From contig NC_091472.1 in NCBI RefSeq assembly GCF_036971445.1, positions 2,852,001 through 2,916,000 on the forward strand: 64,000 nt of DNA, in the 5' to 3' direction. Below, one piece after another: positions 1-10,669 of this stretch. How positions within the stretch are numbered: position 1 is the stretch's first letter; every line of letters starts with the position of its first letter. The translations under genes were made by a program, and so were the position numbers. This DNA is from Narcine bancroftii. Lineage: Eukaryota. A model generated the notes under the pieces. It made no database searches. It saw only the letters and a list, made by a program, of their open reading frames with translations, and was not told where the DNA came from.

Positions 1-99
1 GGGCCAAATGAGCGTCAGTGGGACTAGATGTTCATCCCAGACTGGTAGGGCCAAACTGGTCTGTTTCTGTCCTGTAATGGTTGTATGTTCGTACTAGAA

Positions 100-1985
100 T
101 TGATTGCACAAGATTAGATAAATTGGATTAAGAGTCTTAAACTTTTATAACATTTTGAAGTCAACAGATGTTTTAAACCAACAGACTTTGGAGTTGCCAC
201 ATTTGCTCAGTTACACCACTTTGTTGATGCAAGCGAAGGTGCTTTTGTAACTGCCAGTTACAAACTGAGAAATAACCAAGAGCGAGTAGATTGTGGATTG
301 TAATGGAAAAAGCCAGAATGGCTCCATTAAAGCCAATCACCACACCTCGAATGGAATTGACGGCCGCTACTATGGCGAGCAAAATGGACACTGTGTTAAA
401 AAGAGATTTACAGATGGAGTTAGCAGACTCTATGTTTTGGATCAGTGCTTAAATACATTAATAACAAAACCTTTGTGACTAACAGAGTTAATGAGATTGA
501 GAAGGTTTTCCATGCTTATCAATGGAGATATGTTTAAAACAGTGGATAATCCAGCTGACGTGGCTTCACAAGGATCAAAGGTTCAATCATTTCTGAAAAA
601 AACCAACACATGGGTGTCTGGTCCTCAATTTCTTTTGTGATATCAAGAAGAATGGCCTCAAAATCCAGAAGAATTAAAAGAAATTACTATGGAGCTTCCT
701 GGAATCCAAAGCAATCATGTTAATACTATTCAAATATCTAATGAAAATGCTCTGATCACTTAATTAATTGGCGACCACTCTTCATGGTTTTCTTTTATAA
801 AGGCAGTAGCATGGATTCTGAGGTTAAAACTATGCTTTTAAACCATATCAAAAGAGCTGTTCCCTAACAGTTGACGAGTTGGCGAATGCTGAATTGGAAA
901 TAATTCATTTTGGTCAGAAAGAGGCTTTGATAACGAGATATCAAAATTAAAGAATCTGAATATTACGAAAACAAGTCATGTTTACAAGGTGAATCCTATT
1001 CTGGGAAATGATGTATTGAGAGTAGGAGGAAGATTGGAAAAAGCAATAATGTCAGAAGAAGAGAAACATTCAATTATATTAGCGAAGGAATTTCATGTTT
1101 CTGATTTGATTGTTCGACATATACATGAAAAAATGGGTCAATTTCACAAAGAACTTTGTGAAAGACACAGATGGAAATAAGTGCAATTTATTTTAGATAT
1201 AATTTGGAAAATAAGGATTAAAGAATATATTTCCTTATCATAAGAATGACATAAATGGTCTAAAGCTAAATTTAATTTTGTATGTGGAGACATTGTAATT
1301 ATCATGAACGATTCTGCACCAAGAAATTCTTGGTTGCTGGTGAGAATTGTGGACACAGTTCCAGACAAGAAAGGTTTTGTTCAGCAAGTGCGGATTAAAA
1401 CCAAGACTGGTTACATAAATAAACCTATTACTAACATCTGTTTTCTACATGAATCTGAAAGCTTAGATTTCTAATCTTATACTTTATTTACATTGTACAT
1501 CTGTAATAGTCATGAATACAGATTAGCCATTAATGTCTATTATAATAATTACGGGTCGGAATGTAAAGGTCGACACCTTGCATTTTTAACTCTTAGTTGA
1601 TTTTGTGCCTGTCTCTTTAAGCAAACTATTGTTTGTAATGTTACCATAGTTACTATAATGTAATATGTTGCATATATGACCATGCTAACGGCTCATTGAT
1701 TATTCTACAAGATGTGAAGGAAGCGTGAGCACGAGAAAATTTTCTTTAAAGTTTTTGTATTTTTGTACAGTAAACGTTTTGTAACTCGTCGTTATCAAAG
1801 TCTGAATGCGGAACTATGCAAAATGTTTATCTGTTCTATCAATGAATTAAAACTACATAAAGTAACAGCCACAGAGTTTGATTTGTTGGATTAAAGAGAT
1901 GGAAATTAAGGATATCACAGCTTACGCTTTGGAAGATGATCGTCTGAAATGAAGATATATTAGAATAAGGAAAGTGTCGTCTATA
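100..1985 (+). mobile_element. BEL/Pao LTR retrotransposon 3' remnant (RNase H/integrase fragments plus 3' LTR at about 1562-1985)
   Basis: Pao-type motifs TTPRMELTAA, NPADVAS and LRVGGRL, broken by frameshifts. The LTR starts TGTAAAGGT at 1562. Homologous to the minus-strand copy at 29471-42722. Confidence 0.85.
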
Positions 1986-2039
1986 ATCGGCTTTACCCCA
2001 AGATCCCTCCGTTCATCAGTATTCTCTGGGGGGGGGGCA

Positions 2040-2420
2040 TGTCTTGAATTTATTATATCTCCCAAAATGAATGACCTCATACTTAGCAAGATTAAATTCT
2101 CTCTATCCATCATCCAACTGATCAATACAATTCAATAAGCTACGTTCATCTGCTCACTGTCCACAGTGGTGTTCCACATGGCCTCCTAACTTCTCCACTC
2201 ATTTCTCTGACTGATGGAGGCCAATGTACCGAAAGCCTTTTTGACCACCCGATCTACCCGTGACTCTACTTTCAAGATACCATGTACCTTGGTCCGTCTG
2301 CAACCTCCAGCCTGCTCCCGTCGAGGAAGAGATACAGGAAGATCAGAGCCAGATCCACCACGGTGAGGAACAGTTTCTTCCCACGGGCAGGGAGAATGCT
2401 GATCGACTGTTAAAAACAAT
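2040..2420. mobile_element. Degraded LINE fragments (CR1 on minus, then Rex/Babar-like 3' end on plus)
   Basis: Minus-strand VDRVVKKAFGTLASI (CR1 ORF2). The plus-strand piece resembles the repeats at 3420-3770 and 8980-9380. Confidence 0.6.
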
Positions 2421-2660
2421 TCCCCATGACCCTATTATTTATTAATTAGAGGGAAGACATTCTCGAATATATATAACCAATATCTCGGGCCTGAACGCAT
2501 CTTCAAGGGATAAGCAAAAAGCAGAAAAAGCAGGCAGGTGACAGAATAAAAGACCAGGGAGAGAAACGGGGAGGAATTGGGGGGGGGATGAGAGGGGGAG
2601 GGGGGAGAGGTCCAGGCCAACAAAAGCTGTTAATGGATCTGATAAGAGGAAAGGTGAGAA

Positions 2661-2946
2661 NNNNNNNNNNNNNNNNNNNNNNNNNNNNNNNNNNNNNNNN
2701 NNNNNNNNNNNNNNNNNNNNNNNNNNNNNNNNNNNNNNNNNNNNNNNNNNNNNNNNNNNNNNNNNNNNNNNNNNNNNNNNNNNNNNNNNNNNNNNNNNNN
2801 NNNNNNNNNNNNNNNNNNNNNNNNNNNNNNNNNNNNNNNNNNNNNNNNNNNNNNNNNNNNNNNNNNNNNNNNNNNNNNNNNNNNNNNNNNNNNNNNNNNN
2901 NNNNNNNNNNNNNNNNNNNNNNNNNNNNNNNNNNNNNNNNNNNNNN
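2661..2946. other. Assembly gap (286 N)
   Basis: Run of N. Confidence 1.
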
Positions 2947-3001
2947 GAACAAGCCTGCGTGTAAAGGCTGAGATTCTCCACCCTTATGTCAAGAGACTTA
3001 C

Positions 3002-3123
3002 CTCTGTGAATACGCCCTGGCCGGCTCCAAGGTGCCGACTGCAATCTCTCTTGGGAGAAGGGTCAATGGCGGAGCGCAGCGCCCACCGCCTAGCATGAAT
3101 GTCATGCTGCTTCCACTGGCTGT
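3002..3123 (-). other. Candidate exon of an unidentified minus-strand transcript
   Basis: Unique GC-rich DNA with minus-strand acceptor ctgccctcccctag| and perfect donor CAGAG|GTAAGT. Two frames are open. No recognisable protein. Confidence 0.4.
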
Positions 3124-3414
3124 CTAGGGGAGGGCAGATAACATCACGCAACCCATCGCACTCACCCCTCTCCCTCCATAACCCCTTCAGAATAATGGCA
3201 GCCAATGGGGGCTATCAGGGCAGGGTGGCCGGTAGGAGCCGTGAGGACAGGGGCATATGGTGGGGGCCATCAGGGCAAGCGTGGACAGTGGGGGTCATCA
3301 GTGCAGGGACAGGGGGTGGGGGTCGTCAGGTCAGGGGCAGACAGTGCGGGCCATCAGTACAAGGATGGTCGATGGGGGCAATCAGGGCAGGGGACTCCAG
3401 TTTTAAATTGGAAG

Positions 3415-3775
3415 GGTGAAGACATCACGGGCACCAGACTTCACTCCATCGAATACATCTACAAGAGGCAGTGTCTTAAGAAAATAAACTGAACCCTCAA
3501 AGACCCCACCACCCAGGCCATGCCCTCTTCACTCTGCTACCATCAGGGAAAAGTACAGGAGCCTGAAGACGAGCCCTCAGCAGCTCAAGGACCGCTTCTT
3601 CCCAACTGCCATCAGGTTCCTGAATGATCAATGAACCCAGACACTACCTGACCTTGACTTTCCATGCACTATGTTTATTTATTCTGTAAGGTGGTTTCTA
3701 TAAATGTTCACACTGTGAAGCTGCCGCAAAACAACACATTTTGTGACTTGTCCATGACAATAAATTCAGATCCTG
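3415..3775 (+). mobile_element. Rex1/Babar-like LINE 3' end
   Basis: LHSIEYIYKRQCLKK...HPGHALF.LLPSG-type ORF2 C-terminus plus 3' UTR with aataaa. Related copies lie at 50400-50990 on minus. Confidence 0.6.
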
Positions 3776-3789
3776 ATGGCGATTATTTT

Positions 3790-3940
3790 CGTCTGCTCAG
3801 CCAAATTAACCTACAACCCCTGGAACGTTCTTGAAGGGTGGGAGGAAACCGGAGGCCCTGGAGAAACTCACGCAGACATGGGGAGAACGTGCAAACTCCT
3901 TACAGACAGCGTGGGATTCATACCCTGGTCGGTGTAACCG
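3790..3940 (-). mobile_element. tRNA-derived SINE (V-SINE-like) fragment
   Basis: gggagaacgtgcaaactccttacagacagc core, shared with the copies at 20640-20880, 21770-21965 and 55915-56140. Confidence 0.65.
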
Positions 3941-3944
3941 TGCA

Positions 3945-4345
3945 ACTTTGAAGGACTGATCAACCGGGAAAGGTTGAACAGGTTCGGACTTTATTCCCTG
4001 GAGCAGAGAAGAATGAGGGGAGATTTGATCGAGGTATTTAAAATTTTGAAGGGGACAGACAGAGTCAATGTAGGTCGGCTTCTCCTCTGAGGGTGGGTGA
4101 GAGACAAACCAGAGAACATGAGTTAAATGTGAAAGGGGAACTTGGGGGGAACTTCTTCACACAGAGAATGTGGAACGAGCTGCCAGCTGAAGTGGTGAAT
4201 GTGGGCTCAATTTTAACATTGAAGAAGAATTTGGACAGGTCCATGGATGGAGGGATAGGGACTGCGTGTAGGCCAGTGGGACCAGGCAGAATAATAGTTT
4301 GGCACAGACTAGAAGGGCCAAAGGGGCCTGTTTCTGTGCTGTAAT
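3945..4345 (+). mobile_element. CR1 LINE 3' fragment
   Basis: RGDLIEVFKI...NFFTQR..WNELP ORF2 C-terminus plus CR1 3' UTR. Confidence 0.85.
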
Positions 4346-4616
4346 GTCCTGAGGTCCTGCAGTCTGTGGTTTCAGATTGTTTGATATGTTGCAGGGACTG
4401 GTCAGACGATGATTGGAACATCGGAAGCAAATGAGCACAGGATAGTAGCGCAATATTGCAGAAGAGAAGAACAAAGCTGGCAATTTCTAAAACCTCAAGA
4501 CTTCCTTTTTAGTTAAATTTCTGCATCTTCAGAACAAAAAACAGGAACTCTTTCAGTCTTTTACTTTGTACTTCTCGCTTCTGAAATGTGAAGCATTGAT
4601 TACACAGTTTCTTACA

Positions 4617-4908
4617 ACATAGAACAGTACAGCACAGTCTAGGTCCTTCGGCCCTCAGTGTTGTGCTGGCCTTTAAGGCCACCTACCCCATAACCCTCCA
4701 CTTTAACTTCCTACATTTGCTTGTCCCTTCGTCTCTTGGATTATCCCAATGTACCTTCCTCCACCACTGACCCAGGTCATGAATTCCACGCACCAACCAT
4801 CTCTGGGTAAAAATACTTCCACTAATATCTCCATGAAACTTCCCTCTAATGACCTTAAAGCTGTGCCCTCTTGTATTGAGCAGTGGGGTCCTGGGAAGGA
4901 GGCCTTGC
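4617..4908 (-). mobile_element. CR1 LINE 3' fragment
   Basis: Minus-strand TRGHSFKV...FTQR, with a catagaac tail at the left end. Confidence 0.75.
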
Positions 4909-5698
4909 CCAGAACTGGACACATTACTCCAACTGTGGACTAACCAGTAACCAGAACTGGATAAATTACTCCAACTGTGATCTTAACAGTAACCTGAACT
5001 GGGTAGAATACTCCCATTGTGGTCCAACCAGTAATCAGTAATGGACACATTACTCCAACTGTGGACCAACCATTAAACAGAACTGGACACATTACTCCAA
5101 ATGTGGACCAACCAGTAACCAGAACTGGACGCATACTCAAAATATGGTCTAAGTAGTAACAAGACTGAACACTTTACTCCAAATGTGGTCAAAACAGTAA
5201 CCAGAACTTGACACATTACACCAAATGTGGACCAACCAATAACCAGAACTGGACACATGACTCCAAGTGTGGACCAACCAATAACCAGAACTGGACACAT
5301 GACTCCAAATGTGGACCAACCAGTAACCTAAACTGGACATATTAATCCAAATCTGGACCAACCAGTAAAGAGAACTGGAGACATTACTCCAAATGTGGTC
5401 TAACCATTAAACAGAACTGGACGCATGACTCCAAATATGGTCTAACCAGTAACTAGAACTGGAAACATTACTCCAACCGTGGTTTTCCAGTAACCAGAAC
5501 TGGACACATGACTGGAATTGGCGTCTAACAATTAAACAGAAATGAACACATTACTCAAAATGTGGTTGAACGAGTAAACAGAACTGAGCACATTACTCCC
5601 AATTTGGTCCAACCAGTAACCAGAACTGGACAAATTACTCTAAATGTGGAGCAACCAGTAACCATAATTGGAGAGATTACTCCAACTGTGGTCTAACC
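4909..5698. repeat. 42-bp minisatellite (about 19 units) derived from CR1 ORF2
   Basis: Unit agaactggacacattactccaactgtggaccaaccagtaacc. Its reverse complement matches the CR1 codons for LVRPHLEYCVQFWS. Confidence 0.9.
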
Positions 5699-6279
5699 CG
5701 AATTTTGTGAAGCAGGGTGGTCCCATGCTTGCGAAATGAGAGAACAAAGAACACGTTGTACCTTTATAATGGTGGGTTGTCCTGCCCAGGTCATTAGCAG
5801 GACCTAATGCTTGGTGCCAGGAGGGTTAATCCAATACCACATCTAATGGCCCAAGGCCAAGTACAGGCTTGCTGGAAAGTCCAGTCAAGTTAATTTAAAC
5901 GTTGCGAACAGCAAATAATGCACTATTGGGTTGGGCAGTACCAAGCCTTGGTTGGCAGCTTGTGTGTCCTCCAACTAAGTAGGGGGCAGTGCAGTCACAT
6001 GACAGCCACAACCCTTCCCTATGCACCACCTCACACCCATTACACTGCATTTTCCTTCCACCTGGGTGCATGTCTGAGTCTTTTGAATGTCCCTATTGTA
6101 CCAGCCTCCACAATCACCCCTGGTTCTGCATTCCAGACACCCACTACCCTGAGTAAAAACAAATTTCCCTCCGATATCTCTCCCAAACTTTCCTCCACTC
6201 ACCTTAAATAGATGTCCACTGGCCACCCTTCCCTACCCATACTTCCCATAATCTTATGCCCCTCTCATTCAAACAGAAC

Positions 6280-6760
6280 CCCCCCCCATGCACATTGTCC
6301 TTGAGATGACCGTGGTTTAGAGGAAACAGCCTCCCGCCTCCCCCCCATGTTTGTTGTCCTCGGGATGACCGTGGTGGAGATGAGTCAGCCACCCACCTCC
6401 TCCCTCCCATGCACGTTGTCCTTGGGATGACCGTGTTGGGGTGGAGATAGCCACCAGCCTCCCACCCATGCACATTGTCCTCTAGATGACTGTGGAGGAG
6501 AGGATACAGTTGCCCGCCTCCCCCCCATGCATGTTGTCCTCGGGGTGACTGTAGTGGAGGGGAGACAGCCCCCCGCCTCCTCCCCCCCCATGCACATTGT
6601 CCTTGGGATGACTGTTTAGGAGTGGAGATGGCCGCCAACCTCCCCCACCCCCCATGCACATTGTCCTCGAGATGACTGTAGTGGAGAGGAGACAGCTGCC
6701 CTCCTCCCCCCCCCATGTATGTTGCCCTCGGGTGGAGTGCAGATGACTGCCCGCCTACTT
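6280..6760. repeat. About 59-bp GC-rich minisatellite (about 8 units)
   Basis: Recurring ccccccatgcacattgtccttgggatgac(c/t)gt...gagacagc unit. Confidence 0.85.
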
Positions 6761-7051
6761 GCAGAACACTAATCGGAGAAGGAGACGTCCTGGTCACGGT
6801 TCAGCCCTGGCAGCAATGTGACAGGGGACTCTCTGATCTCCAGGTTGTTTCCAGGGTTGCACTCAGAGACAGACAGCCAGAGCTGCTGGAAGACCATCAA
6901 CTTTGGTCTGCCGGGAACCTGTGGCATTTCAGCTTGTGGAGATGTCGTGGAGTGGATGCTGCCGGCTGGCGCATTCCCTGCTGCAGGTGGATGTGCTGAA
7001 GGATGCAGTGAGACTCGGTGCAGCCAACGCGAGGTCACTGTGGGGAAGGAG

Positions 7052-8082
7052 CACATAGAAACATAGAAACATAGAAGATAGGAGCAGGAGTAGGTCATTC
7101 GACCCTTCGAGCCTGCTCCACCATTCAACGAGATCATGGCTGATCTTAAAGTTCAGTACGCCGTCCTCGCCTTCTCTCCGTAACCTTTAATACCCTTATA
7201 CTGAAGAAAGATCTAATTCCCTCTTAAATATATTTAATGAACCTGCCTCTATTGCCCTCTGTGGCAATGAATTCCACAGATTCACCACCCTCTGGGTAAA
7301 GAAATTCCTCCTCATCTCGGTCCTAAATGGTTTGCCTATTATCCTCAAACAATGGCCATGGGTTCTGGATTTTCCCGTCATTGGAAACATCACATCTGCA
7401 TCCATTCTCTCCAGTCCTGCCAGAATTTTATATGTCTCTATGAGATCCCCTCTCAATCTTCTAAACTCCAGCGAGTACATTCCCAATTTGCGCAATCTTT
7501 CCTCCTAAGTCATTCCTGCCATTCCAGGTATCAGCCTGGTGAATCGCCTCTGCACACCCTCCATTGCAAGAATATCCTTCCTTAGATAAGGTGACCAAAA
7601 CTGCACACAATACTCCAGGTGGGGTCTCACCAAGGCCCTGTACAGCTGCAGTAAGGTATCCTTGTTCCTAGACTCAAACCCTCTTGATATGAAGGCCAAC
7701 ATACCATTTGCCTTTTTAACCGCCTGCTGTACCTGCATGCTCGCCTTCAGAGACTGGTGTACAAGTACCCCTAGGTCTCTCTGCACTTCCCCATCTCTTA
7801 ATCTATTGCCATTCAAATAGTAAGCTGCCCTCCGGTTTGTATTACCAAAGTGGATAACCTCACATTTATCCACATTGTAGTGCATTTGCCATGGATCTGC
7901 CCAGTCCCTCAATTTATCCAAATCACACTGGAGCTTCCTGACCCCCTCTTCCGTGCACACAACCCCTCCTAGCTTAGTGTCATCTGTAAATTTGGAGATA
8001 TTACATCCAATCCCCTCATCCAGATCATTAATGTAAATTGTGAACAGCTGGGGTCCCAGTACAGATCCCTGTGGCACCCCAC
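7052..8082 (-). mobile_element. CR1 LINE, 5'-truncated, relatively young
   Basis: GVPQGSVLGP, FTDDTKL and VRPHLEYCVQFWSP motifs in ORFs 7505-8194 and 7196-7495. (catagaaa)n tail at the left end. Confidence 0.95.
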
Positions 8083-8815
8083 AGTCTAGAGTCCTCCCAT
8101 TACCGGGCACTGAGGGGCTGAGACCGAGGGGAAGTCCTTCAAACCATAGAGAGGGGGGTAATGACAAGGTGTCCCAGGGGTGGGAACGGTGCAAGTGGAA
8201 TCAAATGTAACAAGGAACAGTGACGGGAATGTCTGGGCATGAAATTAAGGGTGGGAATGGACCTGGAACTGTTTCCTTCAGTGAATAATTTCTGTGAGTA
8301 AAGTTTATTTTTAGCAGTATGAGAGAAGATGCCCAGCTCTGCCATCCTTCGCCACTTCCCTTCCTGTGGACTTTTCTCTTCCACAATATCTCTTGATGCA
8401 AATCATTATCAAAACCCAATAGTTCCTTTTATTCAGCACGTATTAAAACATCTCATCAATGAGTTAAACAAAAAAGCATTGACTTCCACAAACCAGACTT
8501 TCTAGTAGTTTCTATTTCCCCAGGTCGGCTGTCCTTGTGGAGGGGCTCAGACCCGAAACGTTGGCATATATATTTTGGTCTTTATGGAGGTTGAGAGACG
8601 GGAGGAGTTCCTCCAGCATTTCGGTGGGTTTTTACGTCCGTCTGTTCTGCTGCCTTAGATCGGATGAACCCCTGAGCCTGCTCTGACTGTCAGAAATCCA
8701 TTTAGTGCCCATCCCTTTTGACACTCCCCACATGCCCATCAACTCCACTCATATTCCACCCATTCACCTCCACACTAGGGGCAACTTACGATGGCTAGCA
8801 ACCTGTCTCACTCAC

Positions 8816-8913
8816 TCCACGTGTCCAATGGAGACACTTTTTCCATCTGATTGAAATCTTCCCTGAATCTGTCGAATTTTGGAAAATTCCGCTTTGATGC
8901 TGTGTCATACCAT
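8816..8913 (-). other. Candidate exon of an unidentified minus-strand transcript
   Basis: Minus-strand acceptor ctttgctgtgactctgttaccag| and donor GGA|GTGAGT. One open frame reads WYDTASKRNFPKFDRFREDFNQMEKVSPLDTW. Confidence 0.35.
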
Positions 8914-8979
8914 CTGGTAACAGAGTCACAGCAAAGGGGCTTTCATGCCTGGCCATGAGGACGGGAAGGGAGAATGTCA

Positions 8980-9380
8980 AGTCAAGTTCATTGTCATCTG
9001 ATTGTAAAAGTACCAGCCGACAAAACAGCGTTCTCTGGTCCTTGGTACAAAACACGCAGACACAAAACCAGACATAACACATATACCGACCAACAATACA
9101 CATGCAGGACAAAGATTTCATCTATACAATAAATAAATAAATATTATTTCATGAATATGAGGGTTTCAGAGGGTGAGTGTGAACAGTTCCTTTCGTCGTT
9201 CACCATTCTCACTGTCCGTGGGAAGAAGCTGATCCTCAGCCTGGTGGCGCTGGCTCTGATCCTCCTGGATCTCTTCCCCGACGGGAGCAGCTGAAAGATT
9301 CTGTGAGCGGGGTGGGAGGGGTCCTCAATCATTTTGCGCACCTTCTTCAGACAATGATCCTGATAGATCAAGTCAATGGG
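8980..9380 (-). mobile_element. Rex1/Babar-like LINE 3' end
   Basis: DPSHPAHRIFQLLPSGKRSRRIRASATRLRISFFP C-terminus. Confidence 0.7.
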
Positions 9381-9499
9381 GGGGTGGGGGGGGGGTGGGG
9401 GGGAGAGACTTGTAAGAACCAATGCATTTTACACTGTTCTCCCACATGAATCAGAAACTTGTGTTTGACCACAAGGGCTGAGTTCACCAAGGGCTCCCC

Positions 9500-9745
9500 A
9501 TGTCTCCAGTCCTCCACCTCGGTGGCCATTGGTGCGCCAAGAGAGATCGGTGGGCTCGAGTTTGGCCATTGGCGATTTTGACGGAGCTTCTCACTTTGCG
9601 AGCGAGTTCCTCTTTCCGCCCCAAGCATTTGTGTTGTAACAAGCATGTGGGAAGTTGAAGAGGACTCAGCTACTTCTGAAATAGTGTCGGCAGCATCGGG
9701 ACTGAACAGGCAGAAATGTGATCTTTTAAAGCCAAGCCTGACAAA
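9500..9745. promoter_or_regulatory. Candidate (possibly bidirectional) promoter upstream of the leader exon
   Basis: Non-repeat, locally CpG-rich stretch with two gccattgg (reverse CCAAT) boxes at about 9524 and 9565 and a GC box ccgccc at about 9616, directly 5' of the leader ATG. Confidence 0.45.
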
Positions 9746-9794
9746 ATGTTTTCTCCGATACTCTCGGGTTTCACACTGTTCCTCTGTGCAGTGG
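9746..9794 (+). CDS. Signal-peptide (leader) exon of an Ig-superfamily VJ-VJ gene: MFSPILSGFTLFLCAV(G)
   Basis: aaaATG at 9746, then 16 mostly hydrophobic codons plus 1 nt, ending at a perfect G|GTAAGT donor (9795). The 49-nt phase-1 structure is typical of Ig/TCR leader exons. It splices in frame to 28815, giving ...LCAVGLKA-TTELIQSP. Confidence 0.8.
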
Positions 9795-10271
9795 GTAAGT
9801 AGATTCCCAGAGTGTGGTCACCCTCTCTGCTTGGGGTTCCTTCTGCTTTGGAGTTGAGTTCACCAATCACAGGCAGTGGTGTGAATCTGGTGAACCAACC
9901 TGACTAAAATTTGAGATGATTTAATTCTTCTTGGCCGCACCTGGGCATTAACGATGCAAATCTAAAAGAAATGGCTCATGCAGATTGATGAGAAATTGGA
10001 GATTTCACAGGCAGAAAAGAGGGGGAGAGAAAAAGTAATGAGATGTAGAATGAGTTTGAAGAATCTTATACTAAAGGGCAAAATGTTTTGTAAAGAGAGA
10101 GAAAACGGCTCTGGGGGAAATGAGGGTTCTATTAAGGGAAAACTGCAGAGCTGGCCTCATTTACCTGTGTACAGTCCCATCGTTCTCTAAAACTTTCCGA
10201 TCCACGGACCTGTCTTTCAAATGTAGTAATTGTTCTTGTTTCTACCGATCACTTCCCTGGTTACTCATTCC

Positions 10272-10660
10272 GTCAGGTTAAACAGGTTCGGACTTGATTC
10301 CCTGGAGTGTGAAAGAATGAGGGGTGTTTAAAATTATGATGGGGTAGACAGAGTAAATATAGGTCGGCTTTTCCCATTGAGGGTGGGTGAGATTTCAACC
10401 AGAGGACATGGATTAACGGTGAAAGGGGAAACGATTTGGGGAACTTGTTCACACAGAGAGTGGTGGGGGTGTGGAATGAGCTGCCAGCTGAAGTGGTGAA
10501 TGTGGGCTCAATTTTAACATTAAAGAGGAATTTGGACAGGTACATGGATGGTGGGGTGAAGGGATATGGACTGGATGCAGGTCAGTGGGACTAGGCAGGA
10601 AAATGGTTCAGCAAAGACTAGAAGGGCCAAAGCGGCCTGTTTCTGTATTGGAATGTTCTC
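10272..10660 (+). mobile_element. CR1 LINE 3' fragment
   Basis: Closely similar to 3960-4345. Confidence 0.85.
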
Positions 10661-10669
10661 TAGTTCCAT

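Noticed and set aside
2442-3044. ORFs spanning the N run
   Set aside because: Artefacts of the assembly gap.
4940-5361. Hydrophobic repetitive ORFs (MCPVLVIGWST...)
   Set aside because: Translation of the 42-bp minisatellite.
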